Below, one piece after another: positions 29,685 through 39,678 of a stretch of DNA of 57,112 nucleotides. Where the stretch lies: positions 1 to 57,112 of the forward strand of contig JBGSMD010000054.1 of NCBI GenBank assembly GCA_041740355.1. Direction: 5' to 3'. A model generated the notes under the pieces. The model searched no databases and was not told where the DNA came from. It was given only the letters and a program-made list of their open reading frames with translations. The position numbers and the translations under genes are program-made. The stretch's first letter is position 1; every line of letters starts with the position of its first letter. This DNA comes from Bdellovibrionota bacterium. Lineage in GTDB: Bacteria; Bdellovibrionota_C; UBA2361; CALJRW01.

Positions 29685-29829
29685 TATAGTTATGACAAAA
29701 AGTAATTTCCCACTAATTAAAAGTTTGCTTTGCCTTTTTTGTCATAACTACATGATTTTGTTATCCCTCCGGGGGATAGTCAGCCCCAAAAAGTAATTCC
29801 TTACGAAATTACTTTTTGGACTTACTATA
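29685..29829 (+). mobile_element. Complete MITE family B copy (145 bp)
   Basis: Imperfect 25-bp terminal inverted repeats TATAGTTATGACAAAAAGTAATTTC / GAAATTACTTTTTGGACTTACTATA; three internal hairpins; fills the thiolase-hemB gap. Confidence 0.85.
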
Positions 29830-29830
29830 T

Positions 29831-31084
29831 TTAGTAACGTTTAATCAGAACTGCTGCGGCCATAGCACCTGCAGCACAGACACTGATTACGCCAGTTTTT
29901 AAATTCTTACGCTTTAATTCATTAGCTAAAGAAATTATTAAGCGTCCACCTGTAGCTGCAAAAGGATGCCCTAAGGCTAAAGAGCCGCCGTTAAGATTTA
30001 ACTTCTCTACTGGAATCTTGCCAAGTTTTTTTAGCTGCGGAAATTTATACCAAGAATTTTCCCAAACATCCATATTTGCTAACACTTGCGCAGCGAATGC
30101 TTCATGGACCTCAAAAAGATCCACTTGATCCATCGTCAAATTATTTTTTTCAAATAATTGATTCATGGCTAGGGCTGGCGCCATCAAAAGTCCATCATTC
30201 GGATTAATAGCTGCAAATTGAATATCCTCTATGAATGCAATCGGCTCTCGCCCAAGCTCTCGAGCCTTCTCTTCAGAAGCTAAGCAAAAACATGAGGCCC
30301 CATCAGTTAATGCGCTCGAATTTCCAGCAGTTAAAGTACCTCGTTCGCTGCGATCAAAGACAGGCTTTAAGGCCGACAACTTTTCCATTGTTGTGTTTCC
30401 GCGAACTAAATTATCAGCTGTCACTTTTCCAACAGGAAGAATTTCATCTTGAAATAAATTATCAGAGATAGCCTTACTTGCATTTAAATGACTATTTAAA
30501 GCTAAGTGATCCTGTGCTTCGCGAGAGATGTTAAATTCTTTAGTTGTTAACTCACAATGCTGACCCATTGTAAGTCCGGTACTAGGTTCTTTAGGACTAG
30601 GTGCTTTAGGAAATAAAAAATTTGGGCGGAAAGTGCTCAGTAACTTTAATTTCTCAGCTAAGCTTTTAGCGTAATTAAAATTTAAGAAGAAGGCCTCGGC
30701 TTGATTTGATAGAGTTAGAGTTGGTTTAGACATCGCTTCAACTCCACCAGCTAGCCCTAGACTTACTCGTCCACTGCGAATTGAATCACTTAATACAGAT
30801 GCCGCGACTAAACCTGTAATGCAATTATTAGAAACGAAATGGGCATTGGTTTGATTAGAAAGTTTTGTACGTAACACAATCTCACGAGCTAAGTTTGGAT
30901 ATCGTGGATTTAATAAGACAGTCCCGTAAACTAATTCTTCGATCTGCTCAACTGGCAAACCAAGAGCTTCGACAGTTCCTTCGACATTTAGTTTTGCTAA
31001 ATCAAGTAAGGAAACATCTTTAAAAGAAGTCCCCGCTTTAACAAACGGGGTTCTTCTTCCACCAAGAATAGCTACTTTTTTCAT
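29831..31084 (-). CDS. Acetyl-CoA C-acyltransferase (FadI-like thiolase)
   Basis: RTPF, catalytic Cys in NNCITG, HEAFA, GHPFAATG, CAAG. Confidence 0.92.
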   Translation of the reverse strand: MKKVAILGGRRTPFVKAGTSFKDVSLLDLAKLNVEGTVEALGLPVEQIEELVYGTVLLNPRYPNLAREIVLRTKLSNQTNAHFVSNNCITGLVAASVLSDSIRSGRVSLGLAGGVEAMSKPTLTLSNQAEAFFLNFNYAKSLAEKLKLLSTFRPNFLFPKAPSPKEPSTGLTMGQHCELTTKEFNISREAQDHLALNSHLNASKAISDNLFQDEILPVGKVTADNLVRGNTTMEKLSALKPVFDRSERGTLTAGNSSALTDGASCFCLASEEKARELGREPIAFIEDIQFAAINPNDGLLMAPALAMNQLFEKNNLTMDQVDLFEVHEAFAAQVLANMDVWENSWYKFPQLKKLGKIPVEKLNLNGGSLALGHPFAATGGRLIISLANELKRKNLKTGVISVCAAGAMAAAVLIKRY

Positions 31085-31087
31085 TTA

Positions 31088-31987
31088 TTATGCCTTTGCA
31101 GCAGCGTTTTCTCTAGCTTCTTCATAAATTCGTTCTGGGTGTGTACGAACATCCCAAACTAAACCCATCCAAGAAAGAACCTTGATGGTATAATGACTAA
31201 TATCAATTTCCCACCAATACATTCCCTGACGTTCAGAACCTGGATAGCGGTGGTGATTATTATGCCATCCTTCACCAAGTGTAATTAAAGCCATTAACAA
31301 ACTATTTTTGCTAAATTCACCAGTATTAAATCTTTGTTTGCCAACAATGTGGCAGAAAGAGTTAATACAGAAAGTACCGTGATAAAGTAGTACCGTACTA
31401 ATAAAGAATCCCCAAGCTAACATTTGCCAAGCATTGGTCCCAAGCCCTGGATAATAAGCTTCCAAAAACATTCCTAAGAAAAATGTAGCAATAGCTAATA
31501 AAAATGGCGGTAATAAATTATACTTCTCTAAGAGCACAAGCTCAGGAAATTTTAATAAATCTTTAACTTGATCCATTCGCGTTTCAGTAAACGCAGAACT
31601 AAGTACCCAACCGACGTGTGCATAATAGATTCCACTAATGATCGGTGAGTGAACATCTTCTTCAGTATCAGAATGTCGATGGTGATGACGGTGATGTGAA
31701 GCCCACCAGATAGGTCCTTTCTGCGCAGAAGTACATCCTAAGAAAGCTAGGACAAACTGAAACCAACGAGAAGTTGTGTAAGTACGGTGGGAAAAATAAC
31801 GGTGATAGACACCCGTAATTCCAAACATTCTTATGACGTAAAGACCTAAACATACTGCGATCGCCACCCAGCTAACTCCAGTGAAGAAAGCAAGTAAACA
31901 AGCAGCATGAATTGCCCAAAAAGACCATTGTTTAATAACATTAATCAATTCGGGACGGTCGCCAGGGGTAGCATCACCTTGAAACAT
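31088..31987 (-). CDS. Acyl-CoA (delta-9) desaturase
   Basis: His boxes HRYFSH, HRHHH, HNNHH. Confidence 0.95.
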   Translation of the reverse strand: MFQGDATPGDRPELINVIKQWSFWAIHAACLLAFFTGVSWVAIAVCLGLYVIRMFGITGVYHRYFSHRTYTTSRWFQFVLAFLGCTSAQKGPIWWASHHRHHHRHSDTEEDVHSPIISGIYYAHVGWVLSSAFTETRMDQVKDLLKFPELVLLEKYNLLPPFLLAIATFFLGMFLEAYYPGLGTNAWQMLAWGFFISTVLLYHGTFCINSFCHIVGKQRFNTGEFSKNSLLMALITLGEGWHNNHHRYPGSERQGMYWWEIDISHYTIKVLSWMGLVWDVRTHPERIYEEARENAAAKA

Positions 31988-32377
31988 AGTTCATTTATAA
32001 AATAAATAATTTATTAAGCATTTAGCCTTTGGGGAATCTCGAAGTTAAAAGTCTCGCAAAAAACTCGCTGGACAACCAGTACACCTAAGTTTTAATAAAT
32101 CTTAAAATTTCGACCTTCGTTCAAACTCTAAACGGCTAGGGCTAAGATAAGCTTTATCTGAAAATTTAGACAATCAACAAATAGCAAGATTGCAAAGGAA
32201 ATACAGACAGCCATTTTCAAGCTTCCTGACTATTGGATTTAAATCCAAAAAGCCTACGTAATGTGCTTGATTAGCGTAAGTAACATATCATATTTGAGCT
32301 AATTAGACAATGTTTGCAAATATAACATTAGTTGTAAGAGATACATTTATTTGACTACTTTGAACAAAAAATTAGTG

Positions 32378-32420
32378 AAAAAAACGCTATTAGCTGATCA
32401 TCGAAGTCTCAGCTAATAGC
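32378..32420 (-). terminator. Terminator after the radical-SAM-like gene
   Basis: GCTATTAGCTGA..TCAGCTAATAGC with a T-run on the minus strand. Confidence 0.7.
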
Positions 32421-32444
32421 TAGAAAATATACAGACAAATTTGA

Positions 32445-33299
32445 TCAGGCCACAAACAATCCTAGTTGTTGATTCTGATTTGTATAAACTGTAGGCATTG
32501 CTAAATGACTAGGGCTAAGTTTCTCAATTTCCCCACGTAGCTCACTGGCAGCACCTTTCCGTAACCACATCCCTAATTCGTTAGTAACTAAATGCTGTGC
32601 CAAGGGCGACATCATTTCAGTTTTACTTCCAGCGCATCTAGCAAAAGAAGCTATGAAAACTCGGTTACAACTTTTTACTAATTGCCTAGCAAATTTCTGA
32701 GCAGCAACTTGCCCTCCACGGTAAGGCAACAAAGGAGCGACTTGAATTTCAACATCAAAAGTAAAATTCTTCAGCGAGTTGGCGGTCTTTAAGCGATCTA
32801 AGATATCCACTTTAGATGGGGAATAAATATGAGCTAACTCTTGATCCCCAGATTCGATTATCATGTTAATTGTTACTAGATCCTTGATTGGTAATAAACT
32901 ACTGAGAGCTAAGACAACAACATCACTGTAGGTTTGGATGACAAGTTTGCCGGGACGATACTTGGCGTATAGTTCTAGGAATTTTTTTACTGTTTTAAAT
33001 TTTTGCTCAAAATTGGAAAAAGGATCACTGTGATAGCCAAGAATAAAAACTGCTTTTCCTTTTCTGCCCCGCTCAGCATTCTCTCTAAATAAATTTTCAA
33101 TTTCAATTAGCGAATCAGTGTTGGCTAAGTAGTGACAACGTCTGATTGACTGGACACCTTCTCCAAAACGAATCAATGCTGTAATATTGCGGTAATCTTC
33201 TTCCTGCCGAAGGCTTAGCTTTTCATAATAAATTCCTTCTTTCCCAACATCAAAAGCATAAGCTAACTGGTAAGCTTTACAACTTTTTTTAACTGTCAT
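32445..33299 (-). CDS. Degenerate SplB/PA0069-like radical-SAM-fold protein lacking CxxxCxxC
   Basis: LGYHSDPF..E, VIQT.S, D.ELA..YSP..DRL, VAPLLP core motifs; C-terminal QLGLF. Confidence 0.7.
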   Translation of the reverse strand: MTVKKSCKAYQLAYAFDVGKEGIYYEKLSLRQEEDYRNITALIRFGEGVQSIRRCHYLANTDSLIEIENLFRENAERGRKGKAVFILGYHSDPFSNFEQKFKTVKKFLELYAKYRPGKLVIQTYSDVVVLALSSLLPIKDLVTINMIIESGDQELAHIYSPSKVDILDRLKTANSLKNFTFDVEIQVAPLLPYRGGQVAAQKFARQLVKSCNRVFIASFARCAGSKTEMMSPLAQHLVTNELGMWLRKGAASELRGEIEKLSPSHLAMPTVYTNQNQQLGLFVA

Positions 33300-33725
33300 T
33301 GCTGTCTCCCTATTTCAATTGTTAAAAGTGACTGTCTTTCCTTCGAGTTACTTCTTCCAAGACAACCTCCTAAAAACCTTTGACCCAAAAACCTAAAACC
33401 TTAATCGACAACTTTAAACTTTAAGTTGTTTAAACTTATGACGTCATTATCTCAGAAAAGATGTAATTAATTTAAGTTATTTAAACTAAGAAGCTATGAT
33501 CGAGATCAGCCTAAGGACATAATGTCGTAACTAATTGAAATCTATCAATTATTTCACGACAAAAGGATCGTGCTGAGTAGAATGATCATTTTAAATTTTG
33601 CCTAGGAAATTTTTAATAGACAAAATTCTTTAGAAACCTATTCACTCTGACCGCCATCGGTTTGGTCTATTTATCAATCTGCAATTTTATTATAAGTTGT
33701 ACGTCAAATTAATAGATTAATTTAA

Positions 33726-34067
33726 ATGACAGTAAATATGAGTGAACTTATAGTTGATATCCAAGATAGTTCTTTTGAGAACGACGTTTTAAATGCTGAT
33801 ATTCCAGTTATGGTAGATTTTTGGGCACCATGGTGTCCTCCATGTAAAAGCTTAGCTCCTACCTTAGAAGTTGTAGCCAAAGAATATGAAGGGAAAATCA
33901 GAATTTTCAAAATGAATGTAGATGATAATCCGCACACTCCAAGTAAGTATAACGTGCGAAGTATCCCTAATTTAATTTTTTTCCGTGAAGGTCAAGTAGT
34001 TGAACAAATCTTTGGTGCTGTTCAAAAACAACAGTTATCAGAAACCATCGATAAGGTTCTAGGCTAA
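33726..34067 (+). CDS. trxA: Thioredoxin
   Basis: VDFWAPWCPPCK, VRSIP. Confidence 0.95.
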   Translation: MTVNMSELIVDIQDSSFENDVLNADIPVMVDFWAPWCPPCKSLAPTLEVVAKEYEGKIRIFKMNVDDNPHTPSKYNVRSIPNLIFFREGQVVEQIFGAVQKQQLSETIDKVLG

Positions 34068-34194
34068 ATCTCTTTGATATTTAGAGAATCAATTTGCTAA
34101 AGTTTCTTGCTTTGAGCAATTTAAAAGAATATAATGTTTCTCCTTCTAGAGGGGCATTCTACCCATATAAAAACTAATCTAAAAAGTTTTTTAT

Positions 34195-35418
34195 ATGGTT
34201 TCTTTTTTTGGTTTTCTTAGATCAATGAATCAAACTTCCAACGAAATCTTTAAGTATCACTCGCTTTTTGCAGAAGATAAATATTGTGACGTATTGCAAG
34301 GAGTTCTACTTAAATTAATCTTCGAAGACTTAAAGGTCTACCTTGACGGTCTTGGTATCCTTTTCTCTCGTCCAGTTATAGAAAACATTAACTATCTGGA
34401 ACATGATCAAACTACGATCATTATGGAAGAGAAGAAAATCATTGAATTCGAAAAATCTTACGAACTGTCCAGCTTTCATTTCAATAAATTCAAAAACATT
34501 CTGGAACCTAAAGAGCTGGCCTTACGCCTATTACCTCGACTGCAAAAAGCTGGCCTCGGTCACTTAGCAGTTCAAGATTTACTTAAAGAATTAAAAAACT
34601 TCTTCAACGAACTACGGACAGAAATCTTAGTTTTTGGAAAATCAAACAAACTAAATAAAATTGGACTATTCCAAGCGCTAAAACTAAAGATGGATCTCAA
34701 CTGGAGAGACCGTTTTGGGTTAGCTGATATTTCACTAATACCAAACACTGCTAAAATTATTAATTCTACAGAAAAATATCAATTCACTTCGCCAGTACTT
34801 AAAAATGCTTGGGAGCCTTTAACCTCCTATTATGGAGAGCCTAAAGAAACTAAAGACTTTTATTTGTCTAAAGAAATCAAAAAACTTGGCTTAGAAAATT
34901 TGGCTGATGTTCATGAAGATCGCCTGCGCGTTGCTGTGTTTGCTGTCGAAGATCCGAACGATGCTAATCAAGAAATATTAATTTATTGTTCTGAAAATGC
35001 TTCCTCTATTTGTCACCAACTGGATAAAGAACAAATCGGCACAGAGCTCACTATTCAAACTAGCGTTCCGAAAGGTTCTGTAATTCCTGCTTGGCCTTAT
35101 CAGCCAATGATTATTGCCTGGATCTTATTACTTGGTTCGCAAAAGAAAGCTATCTCCCCTGCTTCCTTAATTAACTTTGAGCTTGAATCTGTTATTGGAG
35201 AAGCTACAAACTTAGTTGGAATTTTTACCACTTCACTTAGCAAACTTCCTGCTTATTACCTATCACTATCTGGTAAATTTCGTTATCTGAATTTGCTTGG
35301 TGTGATTAAAAACGAAGCAAGCTTTGCCGAAACTAATGGTACTACTGCGCTGCTAGATATTTTAACACATAAAGAACATCACCAGATTACACGTTTAAGT
35401 CGTCGTAATATATTTTAG
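34195..35418 (+). CDS. Putative HU-like plus suppressor-of-fused (SUFU) domain protein
   Basis: N-terminal VYLDGLG and LNKIGLF; C-terminal GTELT..PAWP, GKFRYLNLLGV..E, ITRLSR. Confidence 0.55.
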   Translation: MVSFFGFLRSMNQTSNEIFKYHSLFAEDKYCDVLQGVLLKLIFEDLKVYLDGLGILFSRPVIENINYLEHDQTTIIMEEKKIIEFEKSYELSSFHFNKFKNILEPKELALRLLPRLQKAGLGHLAVQDLLKELKNFFNELRTEILVFGKSNKLNKIGLFQALKLKMDLNWRDRFGLADISLIPNTAKIINSTEKYQFTSPVLKNAWEPLTSYYGEPKETKDFYLSKEIKKLGLENLADVHEDRLRVAVFAVEDPNDANQEILIYCSENASSICHQLDKEQIGTELTIQTSVPKGSVIPAWPYQPMIIAWILLLGSQKKAISPASLINFELESVIGEATNLVGIFTTSLSKLPAYYLSLSGKFRYLNLLGVIKNEASFAETNGTTALLDILTHKEHHQITRLSRRNIF

Positions 35419-35460
35419 TGTCATTACACATAAAATTTAAAAAATAACGAAGTGACACAA

Positions 35461-35490
35461 TCACGCCGTAGCAGATCGTGCGAAGGCGGA
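35461..35490 (+). repeat. Stand-alone variant of the ~30-nt REP-like hairpin
   Basis: CGCCGTAGCAGATCGTGCGAAGGCGG compared with CGCCGAAGCTTTAGCGAAGGTGG. Confidence 0.55.
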
Positions 35491-35544
35491 CTTCTTGCGT
35501 CGGTATACAGATTATAGAAAAAAATAATTTAAAAATTTATTTAT

Positions 35545-36390
35545 ATGGAAAATATTTGGTTACAATTAATTATCCCCCAAGGTACTCAAGACGCAACCTT
35601 CTGGGATGAACTGGGATACCAACTATTTAGTATCGGAGCGAGTGGTACAGAACAAGTCGATCAATATTTCAAAGCCTATTTTCTCGAAGATCAATTTCAA
35701 AAAAAAGAACTTGAGCAAATTCTTTCGGAACACTCAATTACTGACTATCAAGTCTCCCCCGTCAAAAAGGAGAACTGGGTCGGAATGTGCGAAGAACTTT
35801 TTCAGCCTGTACAAATTAGTAATTTAAAAATCGTACCAGTTTTTGATTATCAGTTAAAACCAAAAGTTCCTGGGCAGATTTATATTATCCCAGGTATGGG
35901 TTTTGGTTCTGGACATCACGAAACAAGCCAAATGCTTTCCACCATTTTACAAACCCTACCCACTCCCCGCGATGCCAAGCTTGAAGTTTTGGATTTTGGA
36001 ACAGGTAGTGGAATTCTATCTTTGGTCACTACAGAAATTTTTCCTAGTGCTAAAATATTAGCACTAGATAACGATCTACAAGCTTTGTTAAATGCTGAAG
36101 ATAATTTAAAGATTAACCAATCAACGGATAAAATTACGCTCTCAAGCCAAGACTTGAAATCGATGACTGGCACCTATGATTTGATTCTAGCTAATATCTA
36201 CTTGGAAGTTCTCAAAAACTATCAAGTGGATTTAAAGCGCCTTCTGCACGCCGAGGGCTACTTAATGATTTCAGGATTAACGGCTGACCAAGACGAAGCA
36301 TTTCGTGAAGCCTTTACTGAATGGAACTACCAACATGTAGAATCATTAGGTAATTGGAAATCATATTTACTAAAACCAATCAGTTTTTAG
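35545..36390 (+). CDS. prmA: Ribosomal protein L11 methyltransferase
   Basis: ENW, PGMGFGSGHHET, VLDFGTGSGIL, LANI, ISG. Confidence 0.92.
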   Translation: MENIWLQLIIPQGTQDATFWDELGYQLFSIGASGTEQVDQYFKAYFLEDQFQKKELEQILSEHSITDYQVSPVKKENWVGMCEELFQPVQISNLKIVPVFDYQLKPKVPGQIYIIPGMGFGSGHHETSQMLSTILQTLPTPRDAKLEVLDFGTGSGILSLVTTEIFPSAKILALDNDLQALLNAEDNLKINQSTDKITLSSQDLKSMTGTYDLILANIYLEVLKNYQVDLKRLLHAEGYLMISGLTADQDEAFREAFTEWNYQHVESLGNWKSYLLKPISF

Positions 36391-36464
36391 TTAAATTAGG
36401 ATTCAATAACCCTTTAAAAACTAATAGCCTTAAGGCTTAATTTAAAATCTGACCCAACTCAAAT

Positions 36465-38975
36465 TTACTTCGAATCAGTTTTTGCAGTAATCTCAATATT
36501 CCTAATCCTACTAATATCAGTACTTACTCCGTCTGAAACTTGAAGCCTAAACTGATAAATACCTGGCTCTAGGTGTCCGGTGTTTAAGCGATAATAATTT
36601 CTTCCATACAAGTTTGATCGGACCGGCGCCCAAGGATTCTTTCCAGTAGCAGCATGAATACTCACCCATTGTTTCGCTCTTTTCTTAGAATCTACTTTGC
36701 GATCTTCATCTGTAATATTCCATTCTAGCTTAAGAACTTTACCTTGAACGATCTTTTCAACTTTTTTGCTACCTAAAAATTTTATTTTTGGTGCATGCCT
36801 ACTAACAACTCTCTGCGCTAACATCTTATTGTTTGCTTCATTCCACAACTGAATAATCTTAGTACCTTTAGGGAAAGGTAGTACCTGAACAAAAAAAGTG
36901 ATTGGGAAATCCACCGCAGACTCTGAAGTTGCCCAAGATCCAGCAAGACCAACATTTAATAACTCCTGCTGATTCCGATCAAGAAAGCGAAAGCGATAAA
37001 TGCCTTGCTTATCATTCTCGTCGCGATCTGGAACTCGATCCCCTACCCGGTAAAATGGACTTAGAAAAACTTGATCGTTATAACCAATTGCCCCAGCAAG
37101 TAAGATACTATCTGGATCAGGCAAAGGAGATAAGGCATCAATTAGTGCCTCATAATCTGCCGCATCAATCCATCTTTTACGAGTATTCCAGGATAGGAAG
37201 TCCGCTCGTGGAGAGCTACCCATCAAACAATTAGTATTACACTGTTCATTATCAGGTAATGAAGCGATCTCTGCTGGTTCATCCCCCGACTTAATCCAAA
37301 ATCCAGAAGCTGGATTGCCTGGTTTTCTTAAAGCATCCTCATGCTTATACTCATCATATCCTCCGCCAATACCACAAATTAAAGTACTAATCGGCTCATC
37401 GATACCACAGAAAACTGAATCTTTCAGTTCGGGATCAACACTAAGACCGAATGTATGACCCAGCTCATGTGCGGGAAGAGACATTGAAGGCTCATAGTCA
37501 TTAGTACTTACATTATCTTCTCCTCTTCTTATTTGCTCTGCCGCAACTAAGACTGCGCGTGGACCAACCGTTGTTAAAGAGACGCCTGGGGTTGTCTCCC
37601 AGAAACCATAGAGAAAAGATGAGAAGTATGTTCTTGGCACTACTCCCACAATTCGATCGATATTTAGCAAGCCTGCCTGAAAATTAAGATCAAATAATGC
37701 TACAAATGGAATGGCACTATCAGCAGGTATTGCCAATGCATTAAGCATCGTAGTTACAAAATCAAAGAGTCCACCAACAAGTGAAGGTGAATATGCAAAG
37801 GGAAGGATAACAGAACGAACATCGGGAGTAGGATAAGTTGCCTTTAGAAAGGCACTCCCCAAGGCTGAAATTCTAGCAATCTGTGCATCAGTTGCAAGAC
37901 TTGCAGTTGTTAGTAAACGACCAACCTTCATCCAATGAATCACAGGAAGTCTAGATTCTACAATCTTAAATCTTAAACTTTCGGCCGTATCCTCAGAAAT
38001 AAAATCGTTTCGGCGTCGGCAGTCATCTGCTGGTAAATCAGCTTGAAGCTCCCTTAAGGGATCGATCCGAGCATTGATGTATAAAATATTATCATCAGCT
38101 TTTGGAGCTGGCACAATAATCGGAACATCCCTACGAAAATAAAGTCTTCGGACTTCACCAGCCTGTAAGGGAGGTGTTATAGGAAAAGTTTCTTTAAAAC
38201 CAAAATTTGGTCCGACAATATCAAATGAAATGGAAGTTGAAATTTCCCGATTAAAATTATTTGCAACCCTAGCCATTAATACCATTGGTTTTCCAGCAAC
38301 AAGTCGGCGTGGCCGATGTATTACTTGAACTGGAGATACTTCTATTAAAGCAACATCCTGCAGTGTAGGAGGCCTTCCATTTAGTGATTCAATTCTAAGT
38401 CTCGCAACGCCACTCTCGCTGCCACTTGAGCTATCCCCTTTGGCCTCAATTATTCCCTGAGATGGGACGCTTGTTCCATCAGCTAAGTTAATCCGCAAGG
38501 TACAAAGATCAAAACCAGCCTCAAATTTACGACTACTAGAAAGTGTATTAAGATCTATTACATCATCACCCCCTGAGGCAGTATCATCCTCATCCCATAA
38601 TTCTAATCCAATTGCAGGCAAATCTGTTTCTACTCTTTGAATTAAAGTATTACCTGTTACCCAATGTGGATTGTCCGATCCATCAATTAGAGGCAAACTA
38701 AAAACATTGTCACTAATATGGATCTTCCCAAAAAGATCTGCTTTATCAGTAAAAAACAAAACATCAGTATCAACATCCTCACTAACACTAGCGGAGAGAA
38801 CAGTCATTAAGACATCCCTTTCCGCGGGAACGAAATCTGCGGAGTTTGTAAATCCACTAAAAGATGCTGGACAGATTCCATCATCAGCCCAAACAGTGAA
38901 GGTCAATGGAATAATGCTAAAAAGAATAATCAGATAAAAGTTGAATTTCTTGGGGATGCATTTTAATCTGATCAT
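36465..38975 (-). CDS. Secreted multidomain zinc-metallopeptidase-like protein
   Basis: Signal peptide; WDEDD..GDD; HELGHTFGL; YDEY; CLMG Met-turn; C-terminal Ig-like segment. Confidence 0.7.
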   Translation of the reverse strand: MIRLKCIPKKFNFYLIILFSIIPLTFTVWADDGICPASFSGFTNSADFVPAERDVLMTVLSASVSEDVDTDVLFFTDKADLFGKIHISDNVFSLPLIDGSDNPHWVTGNTLIQRVETDLPAIGLELWDEDDTASGGDDVIDLNTLSSSRKFEAGFDLCTLRINLADGTSVPSQGIIEAKGDSSSGSESGVARLRIESLNGRPPTLQDVALIEVSPVQVIHRPRRLVAGKPMVLMARVANNFNREISTSISFDIVGPNFGFKETFPITPPLQAGEVRRLYFRRDVPIIVPAPKADDNILYINARIDPLRELQADLPADDCRRRNDFISEDTAESLRFKIVESRLPVIHWMKVGRLLTTASLATDAQIARISALGSAFLKATYPTPDVRSVILPFAYSPSLVGGLFDFVTTMLNALAIPADSAIPFVALFDLNFQAGLLNIDRIVGVVPRTYFSSFLYGFWETTPGVSLTTVGPRAVLVAAEQIRRGEDNVSTNDYEPSMSLPAHELGHTFGLSVDPELKDSVFCGIDEPISTLICGIGGGYDEYKHEDALRKPGNPASGFWIKSGDEPAEIASLPDNEQCNTNCLMGSSPRADFLSWNTRKRWIDAADYEALIDALSPLPDPDSILLAGAIGYNDQVFLSPFYRVGDRVPDRDENDKQGIYRFRFLDRNQQELLNVGLAGSWATSESAVDFPITFFVQVLPFPKGTKIIQLWNEANNKMLAQRVVSRHAPKIKFLGSKKVEKIVQGKVLKLEWNITDEDRKVDSKKRAKQWVSIHAATGKNPWAPVRSNLYGRNYYRLNTGHLEPGIYQFRLQVSDGVSTDISRIRNIEITAKTDSK

Positions 38976-39678
38976 AGATATCCTTATAATTAATTGACTT
39001 CGGTGGCGAGGACATACCTAAAAGCCTGATCCTTTTAAGTAGCACCTAATTACTGTAAAATCACAGCCTGAGACCTGCTTAAAATTTACGCAATAGTAGT
39101 CTACTCTTAAAGAAAACAACTAAACGCCTAAAAGATCAAGCTGTAATTTTTGAATCTGTAAAATCCTATAGTGTGGGATAGAGGCAGGAGATGTTAATCT
39201 TCCTAAATCAAACTAGACAGCTCAATTTAGCCCAGCGTCATTTTCAATCTTCAATCTTGTATCCACACAGCCATTGACTTAAGGTGGTGAAGGCCAGCCT
39301 TCTTTCCTGAATACACACCATAATAAAGTAATGAACTCACACAGGCAATAAATTTGATTTTTAGTTTGAAATTTGAGTCTGAGAAATGAAACGTTAGACG
39401 GATCTCTAGACTCACAGATCAAAATCTAGATTATGGTTAAGGAAGGACTAATACCGATGCTCAATTAAGTTGTGCAATAGTGGTAATTGGCTTCGAGCTG
39501 GAGATCTATCTAGAGATCCGAAAAAATTGATTATTATTTGTAACTAAATTAACGCTATCATCAAGCTGGATATTTCCGTTTCTCTCGACTTACGTGTGAA
39601 TGAGGATACCTGGCACATTGTGACATATTGAAATATTTAGGCTAGAGATTGATAATAATACATTTAAAATTATGAAAT

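Noticed and set aside
33820-33850. Thioredoxin CPPC rather than CGPC
   Set aside because: A known variant; the protein is otherwise ordinary.
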